Positions 14,750 through 27,501 of a stretch of 64,000 nucleotides of DNA are shown piece by piece. Under the pieces are notes generated by a model. That model was not told the DNA's origin. It searched no databases and saw only the letters and a program-made list of their open reading frames with translations. Origin of the DNA: Eledone cirrhosa (Eukaryota); contig OZ024743.1 in assembly GCA_964016885.1 (NCBI GenBank), positions 289,416,001 to 289,480,000 on the forward strand, read 5' to 3'. Every line of letters begins with the position of its first letter. Position 1 is the stretch's first letter. Made by a program: the position numbers and the translations under genes.

Positions 14750-15290
14750 CACTCTGTCTCAACGTCATCAGTTTGCTTAGGCAGTTCTAAGAATTTGGCT
14801 GCAGTTGTATATGCATACCTGGTCTTGAGTTCCTTATGCCCAAACTCTTCCCACTTTATTTTGTAGGCCAACCTGGACCTGCCAGCTTTGTGGGCTTCTT
14901 TAGTTTTAGGTAGTCATGAGTTGCAGATAACTAGATGGTGATCAGTTGAAGGCTCAGCCCCTTTTGTTTGGTGCATAAACTTGCACCATCCATAGAGACT
15001 TATTTTTCAACCCAAGATTCAAGAAGCAAATCCTCACTCCGTATCCAGTCCATAACACATTCTGATAGACAGGCCTTGTGAGTATCCCCACTCCCGCCTG
15101 TGCAAGCATTTCTAGCGCTACACTTGTAATAGAGGAATTTCCATACTCCATCCAAATCTTCAGTACGAGAACCACAGATCTTTGTTGACGAAACCCTGAC
15201 TATATCTAGCCGGTAGAATCCGCCTCCTCCATCAGATCCTGCTCTTAACCTGCAAGGTTAGTGATGTCCCATTTTCCAATTGATAAATGT
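14750..15290 (-). mobile_element. RTE-like LINE AP-endonuclease fragment
   Basis: IGKWDITNLAG, RLDIVRVSSTK, AQAGVGILT, MVQVYAPN, STDHHLVIC motifs. Confidence 0.75.
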
Positions 15291-17321
15291 TTTCTCCTTT
15301 CTGAACCCTGTTTGGGATCTCGGCAGATTTGTTCTACCAGGGAACGGATCACGATGTGACCCCCAGATATGATGGTTAATTGCGATATAAGTGGGTAGCT
15401 GCCGGACGAATAAGTAATCCCCAAATCAATAAACTACTAGGGAAGATGGAGCAATGTGTGACCCCTGTAGCTTCCAAGAAAACTCTCACAATCAATTGAT
15501 GTGGCGGGTTAACAAGGGATGCATTCAGGTCTTAAATAGATGGGACTGTTCGAAATATATATTGAAATCTCCATTTCATGCCGTGAAAATGGTGATGGCC
15601 TGCGGCCTGTCCTGGGAGGCGTGGGATGGATGCTCAAAGATTGCCTATCCTTCAAATCCTATCATGCTATAATTAGTATACGGAAGAGACGTGACTATGT
15701 AGTCCATGTTATTCGAAATGATCTGATGCTTTTAGTTGGAACTCCTTTGATCATAGGTTTTCTTGCTCTAGTTTGACTAAACAAAGCACTAGCAGCAACA
15801 TTAGCCGCAGCAGTAGAGTGACAAGTTAAATGACCGTTAATACTTACAGTATCTAACATATTTATTCTAAACTTACTATCTCGAAACTACTAGATTCTTT
15901 AGACATTTAGTGCGAGAATTTACTGGTTAATCAGATGCGCAAATGCAGTGCCCATTACCTTTTCCGAGCATCTTCCTGGTGACTTAGACCGAATTCTTGT
16001 AAGAAAGTGAACTCGCTTGATAGCACCCAAGGACGATGTGATGGCGATAACCAGAATAATGGATACCACCCAATTAGTTTAGATGAAATACCACAAACAA
16101 CTCGCCAACTACTCTAAAACTTCCGCTTATCAACCACACTTCACTTCACTTTATTTTATCGAACCTGAAAAGATGAGAGGCGAAATTGACCTCGTGAGTA
16201 TTTGAACTGGAAGGATAGATACCACACGGCCGTTTTACCCAACGCTCCAGTGACTCAGTCTATTTGACATCGAATTCGTTTTCTTTTCTCTCTTTTTCTC
16301 GTGTCAACTAAGCTATAATTTTCATTTATGATCTCATGAAGAGGTAGTTAAGGGAGATAATCTTCTTCATCTGTCATCTGTCAAGCCATGGGGCACAAGA
16401 GGAGGAAATAGTAATCTGGTCCTGTAGGTTCCACCTCACGGTAAGAGTAAACCTGTTGGATATCATATCGAGAAGCAAGATACTGCCAATGGATGGCAAT
16501 GTTTGACAGGTAATCGTTGAAAATGTATTCTGTTGCGTTGGTCAGGACCGGAACTCGGCCTGACTACCTACCTAGTGCAATGTTTAAAATAAATTTAAAA
16601 AATCTTCATATTTGATTTGGAAATAGTTTTCTCGTATCGGTTATTTTTAAGGATAGAAAATTATTTGTATGTGTTTAGTAAGATTTCTACAAGTCTATCT
16701 TCATCAAATATGCTATCTAATTTCAATTGGAGAATCAAGTATATAACTGGGGATTTATCAAATGGAGAGAAAATTCTGGAAAATGAAATTTGTTACTTTG
16801 ACTCTAGCAGGGGCTGGCCTAACTAACTATGGGTTGGCACACATAATATTCACTGTCAGGCACTTGAATACTAGTGAGATTGATGCTGCTGATATTCAGG
16901 TTGAACATGTGTACGTTAACGACTGCGCAGGAATAACATGGCCGAAAAGAGAGGTCACGTCCTGTTCAAACTCATAAATCATTTGTATGAAAAGAGATTT
17001 GTCAGTTTGACTAATTTATTAATTAAACTTCACTCCGTATCTATTGAACATAACAAAATAAAAAGAATGTATTTCGGTAATTTAACCCTAACGAAAGAAA
17101 AGATGCGGTAATCTATAAAAGAAGAATTTTACTTATATTCTGATTGGCACTATTTTGTATCCTTCTTTCTTTCATTTTATTCTTCGCCATTTTCAGTATT
17201 TCGCTATTACAGGTAACAATTACTTTTCTGACATTTCCAATATGTACAGTACCAGCACAAACAAGTACACAACAAACACCCATACACCCCCCCCACACAC
17301 ACACACATACACACACACACG

Positions 17322-17357
<36 letters not shown>

Positions 17358-17822
17358 CAGTTAGAAACACTCACAAACAGACACACATATACATACATAT
17401 ATACATACATACATACATACATCCGTACATACGTACATATATACATATATATATATACATATATTAATTGTATTTATTTGGGCGAAACAGTGAGACTTGT
17501 TACTCTGGAGTTTCGCCTGTTTCAACAGCAGACACAGTTTAAATAACGGAAGACTCGAGGTGGGGGAGGGGATTTAATTGATAAGGGTTAATTAAGATAA
17601 GGAATACATGGTGGTGATGGCAGTAGGAGAGCATAGACTGTGAGGAAAAAGAAGGTGAAAATGAGTGATAGTGGACATAGCCATAGAATTGTATCTGGTC
17701 AGTAGGGGGCAGGTGATGAATGTAAAGGTGGTTATATATAGAGGTTAGTGAAAACTATATATATATAAATTAATAAAAACAATGAATAAAAACAAAGAAA
17801 CAGTTCCTTATATTAAAAATTC

Positions 17823-17954
17823 ATCATTTTACGATCGTTTCTAGGATGTATATGTGCGTGTTGGTATGTATATCATAGATCTATGTAAACATTTTACAAA
17901 CTATCAGAGGAAATATACATACCTACACATATATATGCTGTCTTCAGAAATAAT
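17823..17954 (-). ncRNA. Type I HHR with ~99-nt stem II
   Basis: AUUAUUU CUGAAGA [uauaugug..gguauguauau / auauacauacc..cacauaua] GAAA CGAUCG UA AAAUGAU. Confidence 0.7.
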
Positions 17955-18300
17955 TGATTCTACTTTAAGCACAAGGCCAACAATTACCCAGTGCATTACT
18001 GGTACTTTATTTTATCGACCCCGTAAGGATGAAAGGCAAGGTCAACCTCGGCGGGATTTGAACTCAGATCGTAAAGGGACGTAACTATGCTGGAAAGCCA
18101 ATCCACCAAGAAATAATTGTTTCTACTTTAGGCACAAGGCCAGCAATTACCCAGTGTATTACTGGTACTTTATTTTATCGACCCCGTAAGGATGAAAGGC
18201 AAAGTTAACCTCGGCGGGATTTGAACTCAGAATGGCAAGGGCTGTAACTCTATGCGTCAAAGCATGGCGTCCGACCCTCTACCGATACTGCCAATCCACC
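17955..18300 (-). mobile_element. Two tandem SINEs (major family), target agaaataat triplicated
   Basis: Reverse complement of the family consensus; agaaataat at ~17946, ~18109 and ~18302. Confidence 0.88.
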
Positions 18301-19201
18301 AAGAAATAATGATATTTGTTTATTGAAAAAAAACAACAAAGATTTAATATAATAGGTCTGTTTGGGAACAGGTTTTGAATTGACCAATAGAAAAGTAGTA
18401 AGTGGTCAAGTTGATAGAATAGTAGTAGTAGAAATTTAATTTAGGGGTAGAGGAATGCAGACTTATGTTTTGAATGGAAAGAATACTTTGAATGAAAAGA
18501 TTACTTTGGGGATGAAAAGAGGTCAAGCCAGTGAAAGGTACACGAATATTTGATTTTATTAAAGAATAATGCTACTGTTAAAATCGAAGGAGAATAACAT
18601 TTTAGGGTAAATGTGTTAGTGAGAAATACCAATCTTATTTAAAACACAAGGAATTTAGATCTATAACAAGAAATTAAATTAATTTAATTGATATGTATAC
18701 TTATAGGGATAAATTTATATTAATTCATATAGATGTGATAAATAAGAGTTAGATGTTATTAAAGAATGTTGTTAAAAACGAAGGAAAACATTTTTTGGGA
18801 TAAATGTATTAGTGAGAAATAACAAACTTATATAGACTACAAAGAATTTATATTCATAACAGGAAATTAAAATAGTTTATATGTATACTTATAGGTATTG
18901 AAACAAAATGAAAACGAAATTTCATTTCTCACTCTTAGTATGGCACTTACTTAAATGTAAGTATGCATGTATACGTACATACATATATGTATACAGACGT
19001 ACAGTAGCATGCACATATATATATATATATACATATATATATACATATGCATACAGGTACACATACATATATGCACGTATCAGTTTAGCGGCGCTTATTA
19101 TAACGTCGCTTTGTTCGTTTGTAAACAAACTGAACAGCCTGAATTTATGCCATACGGTGTTAAGGCAACCACGTCACCTTTTTGTTCAACACTGACACAG
19201 G

Positions 19202-19246
19202 AACGATGTACTAGTTTCAAGCTTGTTAGCTATCATCAGCACCGTT
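19202..19246 (-). ncRNA. Minimal type I HHR, copy 1
   Basis: AACGGUG CUGAUGA u AGCU-aaca-AGCU u GAAA CUAG UA CAUCGUU. Confidence 0.88.
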
Positions 19247-19677
19247 TACCCATCTGCCAGATAGTTGAACGTTCGAAAGTATATACTTTCCTTATGAAAA
19301 TTAACGGCTGAGCAGCCTAATTTGCATATTGAGTGAGTTAAATCGGTCAGGCATACCGAACACGATAAATTGAAACAAAATGAAAACGAAATTTCATTTC
19401 TCACTCTTAGTATGGCACTTACTTAAATGTAAGTATGCATGTATACGTACATACATATATGTATACAGACGTACAGTAGCATGCACATATATATATATAT
19501 ATATATACATATATATATACATATGCATACAGGTACACATACATATATACACGTATCAGTTTAGCGGCGCTTATTATAACGTCGCTTTGTTCGTTTGTAA
19601 ACAAACTGAACAGCCTGAATTTATGCCATACGGTGTTAAGGCAACCACGTCACCTTTTTGTTCAACACTGACACAGG

Positions 19678-19722
19678 AACGATGTACTAGTTTCAAGCTT
19701 GTTAGCTATCATCAGCACCGTT
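19678..19722 (-). ncRNA. Minimal type I HHR, copy 2
   Basis: Same sequence as copy 1. Confidence 0.88.
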
Positions 19723-20165
19723 TACCCATCTGCCAGATAGTTGAACGTTCGAAAGTATGTACTTTCCTTATGAAAATTAACGGCTGAGCAGCCTAATTTG
19801 CATATTGAGTGAGTTAAATCGGTCAGGCATACCGAAAACGATAAATTGAAACAAAATGAAAACGAAATTTCATTTCTCACTCTTAGTATGGCACTTACTT
19901 AAATGTAAGTATGCATGTATACGTACATACATATATGTATACAGACGTACAGTAGCATGCACATATATATATATATATATACATATATATATACATATAT
20001 ATATACATATGCATACAGGTACACATACATATATGCATTCAATTTATCGTTTTCGGTATGCCTGACCGATTTAACTCACTCAATATGCAAATTAGGCTGC
20101 TTAGCCGTTAATTTTCATAAGGAAAGTATATACTTTCGAACGTTCAACTATCTGGCAGATGGGTA

Positions 20166-20210
20166 AACGGTGCTGATGATAGCTAACAAGCTTGAAACTA
20201 GTACATCGTT
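20166..20210 (+). ncRNA. Minimal type I HHR, copy 3 (inverted segment)
   Basis: Same sequence; predicted GUA cleavage after 20203. Confidence 0.88.
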
Positions 20211-20598
20211 CCTATGTCAGTGTTGAACAAAAAGGTGACGTGGTTGCCTTAACACCGTATGGCATAAATTCAGGCTGTTCAGTTTGTTTACAAACGAACA
20301 AAGCGACGTTATAATAGGCGCCGCTAAACTGATACGTGCATATATGTATGTGTACCTGTATGCATATGTATATATATATGTATATATATATATATATGTG
20401 CATGCTACTGTACGTCTGTATACATATATGTATGTACGTATACATGCATACTTACCTTATAGGTATTAATTTTAGGAAAAGAGAGCTGTAAAAGGGAAAT
20501 AAAATTATGAAGTTCTCAGTAGTAAAATACTAATTATAGGTTAACTAAATTAAAAGAACTAATTATAATAATTTGTAAAGTATAAGAGTAATTATATA

Positions 20599-21030
20599 TT
20601 AATTAGGTTTATAATATTTGAAAGTTCTTCTAATTCTATGATTGCACGATATAATTAATTCTAGTCGCTTATTTAATAGGATATCCTTAGATTTCATTAT
20701 TTCAAAAAGTTCTTGGGAACATAATCTACACTCATATCTGTTATTTTGATAAGGGGTGGCCCTTTTGATCACACTCCAGGTAGGGTTATAATCGATATTC
20801 TTTTTTCTATAATTATTAATTATTTCAGCTAAGGATGTTGTATTAGCTAATGCGGCATTTTTTAAAATATGTTTGTGGATATTAAATCTTACTTTAAATT
20901 GGTTAGAAGTAGTTCCTATATATGAATAAGTGAGTCCTTAGTGCTAATTTTACATTTATATACTATGTTATTAATAAGGCAATTTCCTTTTAATGGGCTA
21001 TTCCCTTTGTTTCTACAGTTACAACCATTC
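20599..21030 (-). pseudogene. PLE GIY-YIG endonuclease domain (frameshifted)
   Basis: CNCRNKGNSPLKGNCLINNIVYKCKI../YSYIGTTSNQFKVRFNIHK..WSVIKRATPY..CRLCSQELFEI..LLNKRLELIISCNH. Confidence 0.88.
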
Positions 21031-21253
21031 GTGAATATTAGGAGTGTTAATCAAATTTTGTGTGGAATTTACTCGACTTGTTATATGTGAAGGAGATGGT
21101 GGTTTGTTGCGGTTTATTTCAGTATTATGGTTAGTTTGATGCGTTGGTGGTATATTCATGGTTTTTTTACATTTAAATGCATTGTGGGCACTTATATTTT
21201 GTTGTATATTTATATATATATATTGTGATTTATATATATATTATGATTTATCT

Positions 21254-21315
<62 letters not shown>

Positions 21316-21683
21316 CAAAAAAGGTGTGGTAATATACCAGGTGGATCATTAGGCGCCACAGTACCCAATACTTAGGGTAGTAGAGTGTATAATAGGAAAA
21401 GAGTCAGGACTCGACGGCTGAGCTCCGGCCGTTTCGACAGGTAGACCCGAACCAGCTGTCGAAACGTCGGAGATCAGCCGTCGGGGTCCTGACTCTTTAT
21501 ATATATATAAAGGTAGAACAATGGAAGATAATATCCGTAGTGTTAGAGCACTCAGTCCATGGGACGAGTTTGGTAGAAGTGGTAACACAACAGTTAGTTC
21601 ACCATACCGAGAACAATTGTTTCACCTTATGCATGCGGATCTTCAGCTCGGACTGGTAATGATTCCGTATAACCATTACCAGT

Positions 21684-21724
21684 CCGAGCTGAAGATCTGC
21701 ATAGGGTGAAACAATTGTTCTCGG
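21684..21724 (+). ncRNA. Minimal type I HHR (mirror copy 21607-21651 on minus)
   Basis: CCGAG CUGAAGA ..stem II.. GAAA CAAUUG UU CUCGG; arms 21577-21661 / 21674-21754. Confidence 0.85.
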
Positions 21725-21751
21725 TATGGTGAACTAACTGTTGTGTTACTA

Positions 21752-21795
<44 letters not shown>

Positions 21796-22053
21796 ATATT
21801 AACAAATAGAAACTATATTTATAAAACTATATTTATTTTATTATACATATTTCAAGGGCCACCAAGGCAACTTATGGTGCGCTTTCATCAGATAAAATAC
21901 AATACAGATTAGTTTTATAAATAAATATTGACATACCCTGAAAAAAGACAACCTTAGCGGTTGGAGCTTCCTGACTGTCTAGGAAGCTCCAACCGTTAAG
22001 GTTGTCTTTTTTCAGGGTATGTCAATATTTATTTATAAAACTAATCTGTATTG

Positions 22054-22119
22054 TATTTTATCTGATGAAAGCGCACCATAATTTCCCTTGGTGGCCCTTG
22101 AAATATGTATAATAAAATA
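22054..22119 (+). ncRNA. Type I HHR (mirror copy 21834-21899 on minus)
   Basis: UAUUUUAU CUGAUGA AAG-c-GCACCA..UGGUG..CUU GAAA UAUGUA UA AUAAAAUA, within a palindrome with ~185-bp arms centred on 21973-21980. Confidence 0.8.
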
Positions 22120-22761
22120 AATATGGTTTTATAAATATAGTTTCCATTTGTTAATATATTGTATATTTACTCCACTAGTTTGTTGAGTGCTTTATATCAG
22201 TTATAAATATTTTTAAGCTTGTTGAATCCCAACAAATTAAATATAACCTCTGCATATATATATATATATATGAATATAAAATATACGATGGGCGAGTGGG
22301 GGTATGGGTACTGTGGTGGGGGAGGGGTAGTGACGGTGACGGCGGTATCGTTGGTGTAGTGCGAATGAATAAAGACTATAAAGTGATGTAGTTTAAAAAT
22401 TAAAGATTCAATTACGATGAAGATTATGGGAGCATAAAATTATAGAAGCTGTGATGGGTGAATGAGTGAGTGATCGCAGGGTCGTATTGGGGTTAAGTAA
22501 ATCGGTGAAATATATAAGATATATGAATATAACTTATTGAGGTATAAAGGAATTAACTACAATGAAGGTTATGGAAATATTATAGATTTATATATGATGA
22601 TGATAGTTGTGGTGTCGCTGTGGTGTGGCTGTTAGGCTTATATAAGATATAAGGTATGGGGAATAAAGGAAGTAAAGAACAATGAAAAACCTGAAAAATA
22701 GAGAATAAATAAAAAATGGAAAAAATAAAAATTTGAAAAGTTGGAAAGATAATTGTTTCAA

Positions 22762-22930
22762 CTTTTGGCGCAAGACCAGCAATTATCCCAGTGTATTACT
22801 GGTACTTTATTTTATCGACCCCGTAAGGATGAAAGGCAAAGCTAACCTCGGCTGGATTTGAACTCAGACCGTAAAGGGCCGTAACTCTATGCTGCAAAGC
22901 AGGGCGTACAACCCTCTACTGATACTGCCG
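22762..22930 (-). mobile_element. SINE (major family)
   Basis: Consensus match. Confidence 0.85.
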
Positions 22931-23324
22931 ACAGAATGACCAATTAGAAGAAAAGAAATTTAAAATTAAAAAATTGGAAAATCATAAGAATAATATAATA
23001 TAAAGTAAACTAAAATATGGTAGAGGTAATGGAATTATAGAGTATAATGTATGGCATATGACATAAACATAAGAGTGGCGGAATATATGAAACATTGTTT
23101 TTAATGCTGGGTTACCCACAATTAATGTGGCTTAGGGGTGGCAGTGGTTACCGAGATTTCGAGTCTCGACTAGTGTCTTCCGACATTTAAACAATCCGGC
23201 ACACATCAATATCTGGTAGGTAATCAGTGGGGTAGTGGGTTATCTGGTGTACTGTCCATTAAATCCTTCCCCCTCACAGCGAATCCTCCTTTATTTATAC
23301 TGTGTCTGCTTTCGAAACTTTAGT

Positions 23325-23374
23325 TCTTGGCAGATGACCTTGTGATAAATAGGCGAAATTCTAGAGTTTCAAGA
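23325..23374 (+). ncRNA. Decayed type I HHR (U4>A)
   Basis: UCUUGG CAGAUGA CCU..AGG c GAAA UUCUAGAG UU UCAAGA; a core-deleted relative lies at ~17470-17540 on minus. Confidence 0.6.
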
Positions 23375-23456
23375 CTCACTATTTAGCCTTAATAAAATGA
23401 ATGTTAACACTCTACTTCGATACTGAGCAATATTTTCTCACAGCCGTCAACCACAT

Positions 23457-23489
<33 letters not shown>

Positions 23490-24337
23490 CGAGATGTGTC
23501 AGAAACGTTCCAGGACTGATGTCACAAAAGATTTATTTCAAACCCAAACTTCACATATAAGGGGGTTTTCTCCTTCAAAGTAATCCCCCTGGAGTCTAAT
23601 GCACTTTTCCATCCTTTTCTGCCACGCTTGCATGCACTCCTGGAAGGATTCTTCCGGGATCCTCCACAGTTCCGTCGTCACGGCCTTTTTTGTACTTGAA
23701 GATCCACGACTCATCACCGGTAATGACTGTCCCTAGCAGTCTGGTTTGGTTTCAAAACGCTCGAGGATGTCCTGGCACACTTGCATGTGTGGACCCTTCT
23801 GGTCATCGTTCAGCAGTTTTGGCACCATCTTCGCGCAGACTTTCCGCATGTCCAAATCTTCAGTGAGAATCTTCCAAAAGCTGTCCCGATTCATGCCCAG
23901 CTCATTTGCGATCAGTCGAACAGTCAGCCGACGATCCCTGACGCGCTCAACGTTGACATCAGTCCTGGTTGTTGAAGGCCTTCCGCTCCTGGGGTAATTT
24001 TGCACGCCCTCGCGTCCTTCTTTAAACCTCTTGCACCACTCAAAAACACGTGAGCGTGACATCGTCTCATCTCCATACACTTGCTGCAGCGGAGTTTTCC
24101 CCAACCGTAACAGAAACTTAAAGTTTGTTCGTTGCTCTGTGCTCATTGCTTGACGACCTGAAACAGAGGACATGTATATAAAATTATGAAGAAAAAAGTT
24201 TGATCGCTGCAGAGAGCTAAGATTACAGTTACATACTCCAGGGGAATTACTTTGAAGGAGAAAACTCTTAGTGTGAAGTTTGGGTTTGAAATAAATCTTT
24301 TGTGACATCAGTCCTGGAATGTTTCTGACACACCTCG
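23490..24337 (-). mobile_element. Internally deleted mariner transposon with ~105-bp TIRs in TA
   Basis: TIRs cgagatgtgtcagaaac.. / ..gtttctgacacacctcg; transposase HTH (EQRTNFKF..VFEWCKRFKEGR..RSGRP..RKVCAKMVPK), ITGDESW and C-terminal GDYFEG. Confidence 0.93.
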
Positions 24338-24697
24338 TATATATATATATTTTATATATATATTATATATATATATTATATATATATATCACATAAGAAA
24401 CGGAGAATAAGTGGTGCAACGAATAAGATTTATTAGACTTATTACAAACGTTTTTCTGGCGACCAGCTCGAGGCACGATCGATGCAGTGATCAAACCTGA
24501 CTCTGAAATCGCAAGATCCTCGGATATGTCTCGTTTCTACGATTGTAATATGTCTAATAAATCTTATTCGTCGCACCACCGATTCTCTGTTTCTTATGTG
24601 ATATTATACTCTGCTCTGTCAGAGCATCGAGTGCTCAAACGGCATACTGCTTACGGACGCTTTAAGCATCCCACACCAATTATATATATATATATAT

Positions 24698-25013
24698 ACG
24701 ATATTCACGGGTGTTACGTTCCTAAAGCGCCCTCGCAAAGCAAGAAAACGCGAATATTGGATGTAGTCAATAAAATGCCTATAAACGTCCAAACATAACG
24801 TAAAATATAGGCCGGCAAACACGGTATATTGTTATTAATAATTTAGCGTTAAAAAGCGGGAAAAAAATATATATTGCCACGAAAAAAGCCATAAAATATC
24901 GCGGAAGATATTTTTGATTCCCCGAATATACGGTGGTTTCCACGAACAATTATTAGTTAGGTTCTAAGGAAAATTCCGTGAACAACCTCGACCGTGAATG
25001 CCGGGGGTTAACT
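24698..25013. mobile_element. Pogo/Tigger-like MITE remnant
   Basis: Imperfect terminal inverted repeat cgatattcacgg / ccgtgaatgccg in a TA context. Confidence 0.45.
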
Positions 25014-25056
25014 TTAAATATATATATATAAATTGTAAATATATATATATAAACTG

Positions 25057-25088
<32 letters not shown>

Positions 25089-25277
25089 ACGAAGGAAATG
25101 TGGTAAGGAACCAGATGGACCATAACGCACCAAAGTACTCAATACTTAGGGTAGTAGAGTGGGTAATAGGAACAAGTATGACCCCGACGGCAGAGCTCAA
25201 ACCATTTCGACGGCTAATTCTAGTCCAGGATTAGCCGTCGAAACAGCTTGAGCTCTGCCGTCGGGGTCATACTTGTT

Positions 25278-25323
<46 letters not shown>

Positions 25324-25897
25324 TCTTAACTATAATAAAGAAAGGAGTGCGGGACTGCATCCAGAATATATTTTTTTTACCCCGTTTGTAAAATAAGTTG
25401 GATTACTTTCAATAAATAATTGTTTCTACGTTAGGCACAAGGCCAGCAATTACCCAGTGTATTACTGGTACTTTATTTTATCGACCCCGCAAAGTTAATC
25501 CTTACGATAAAATAATGAATGAATATTACATAATTTATCTACTAAATTTCGTGGCTGTTGATTAAACATATTTTATAGCTTATTTAAAGATTCCCTTTAA
25601 AATTGTCAAATGTCAACACTTACGGTTAGCGGCCGTTATATTATAACACTTATAATCGCATATATTTCCGTCGCTAATTTTCCCCTAATGCAGTTTATAT
25701 ATAATATCGTCCTTTTTTAAATGTATCATGTATTAGGTTATTGGTTACAGAAGACAGTGTAACACAGTCTTCGTTCAATTTCTGTGTATATTATCAATTA
25801 TAATTTTATTTACATGCATATATATTTGTGTATAATATACACACTACACATGCTAGCAGAAAACCACCCGAAGGGTGTTTTTTCTACTTGTATATAT

Positions 25898-26195
25898 AAC
25901 AACAGCAATGAAAAGTATGTCTTCAATAATAATGATGACGATAATAGTAAAATTATATTTTTTATTACAAGTTACAATTGATTTTTTTTCATGTATACAT
26001 ATATATACATGAAAAAAAATCATTTGTAACTTGTAATAAAAAATACAATTTTTCTATTATCGTCATCATTATTATTGAAGACATACTTTTCATTGACATG
26101 AAAAAAAAAATCAATTGTAACTTGTAATAAAAAATACAAGTTTTCTATTATCGTCATCATTATTATTGAAGACATACTTTTCATTGCTGTTGTTA
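25898..26195. repeat. ~90-bp unit present once forward and twice inverted in tandem
   Basis: 25898-25997 versus ~26005-26095 and ~26096-26195, centred on a short TA run. Confidence 0.85.
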
Positions 26196-27218
26196 TGAAA
26201 TAAGTTTTTATATCTTAAGTTTTAACGAAATGAAATCGTCTCAATTTCCAAGTATATTGCTAAAGATTCCGCACAGATAGGCACAGCAAAGCTGATGGGC
26301 GTGTGTTTAACATGTCTGCATCAGATTTAATTGAGAGTACCATATTAAAATGCTGGATCGTGCAACAGAAAAATAAATATTTCTGCTGGCATGATGTATG
26401 TGTTAAAAAACAAAAAACAAAAAAAAAACATCACAAATAGAAGAATGGAAAAAGAAAATTAAAAAGATAAAATAATGGGATGGTGGACTTCAAGCTGTCG
26501 TGTCTGTCCTAAATAGAAAGCTAATCATTGCTATCATAAAATTAAAACAATGTTGTTTCTGATCGAGATGAAGCGAGATTGTATATGAATACATATAACA
26601 TTTAGAAAAATTAAAATCGTGCAAAACCATTTTGCTGGTTTGAAATCTGAGGAAGGTTTGTGTAAACTTGTCTTGTACTTTATTCATTTCTTTCTTCCAA
26701 TCACTTCTGTGTGCCAGCGTACTTTTCCTTGTGCTCCTCCTATTTCAATCTTTTCTCTATTTCATCTGCCCGTTGCTCACCTTGTGGATTGTTACGTTGT
26801 TGACCATAGCTCTCTTCTCTCTGTCCTCTGGGGTATTTTTACCCATCGTTGTCTTTGGTGGTGTTTGGCTGTTTGAACGGCTGTTCTAGCGATGAATTTC
26901 TCATTTTTATATATATTCAAATACACTCTCACTTCGTCTCGATCAGAGGCAACATTGTTTATATATAAATATAGAAAGAGATAAATATTTATATACGTAG
27001 GTATGTATGAATGTATGTATGTTTGTATAGATGTATGTCTACCACGTACCACAAAAGACAAAGTAGGTAGCAGAGTCACAGAAACAAGATGAAGGAAGTC
27101 GATAGTGAAAAACAGTCGACATCGCACAGGTGGTTATTTGTTTTCACTTTCGTAATATATAAGATATGTATAAGCGTTCACACGCATATATATATATATA
27201 TATATATATATACTATAT

Positions 27219-27324
<106 letters not shown>

Positions 27325-27407
27325 TATATACTATATATACATACTTACACACACACACACATTATATATATATATATACTATATATACATACACACACAC
27401 ACACACA

Positions 27408-27441
<34 letters not shown>

Positions 27442-27469
27442 AACATATATGCATACTACATATACATAC

Positions 27470-27501
<32 letters not shown>

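Larger units (their letters stand above)
18900..20455. mobile_element. Retrozyme-like multimer: 2.4 tandem units plus an inverted 0.9 unit, 12-bp TSD
   Basis: Units 18900-19371, 19372-19847, 19848-20037; inverted 20038-20455; TSD cttataggtatt at 18888-18899 and 20456-20467; three HHR copies. Confidence 0.9.
17765..21215 (-). mobile_element. 5'-truncated Neptune-type Penelope-like element with nested insertions
   Basis: GIY-YIG remnant at 20599-21030, AT-rich 3' region, same-strand HHR at 17823-17954, ends in TA; interrupted by two SINEs and the 18900-20455 insert. Continuity of the 3' region is inferred. Confidence 0.7.

Noticed and set aside
18908-20469. Repeated ORFs MKTKFHFSLL.. and ..YQFSGAYYNV.. 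in the tandem unit
   Set aside because: The frame shifts between copies with TA length, the ORFs are antisense to the HHR and show no domain; treated as non-coding.
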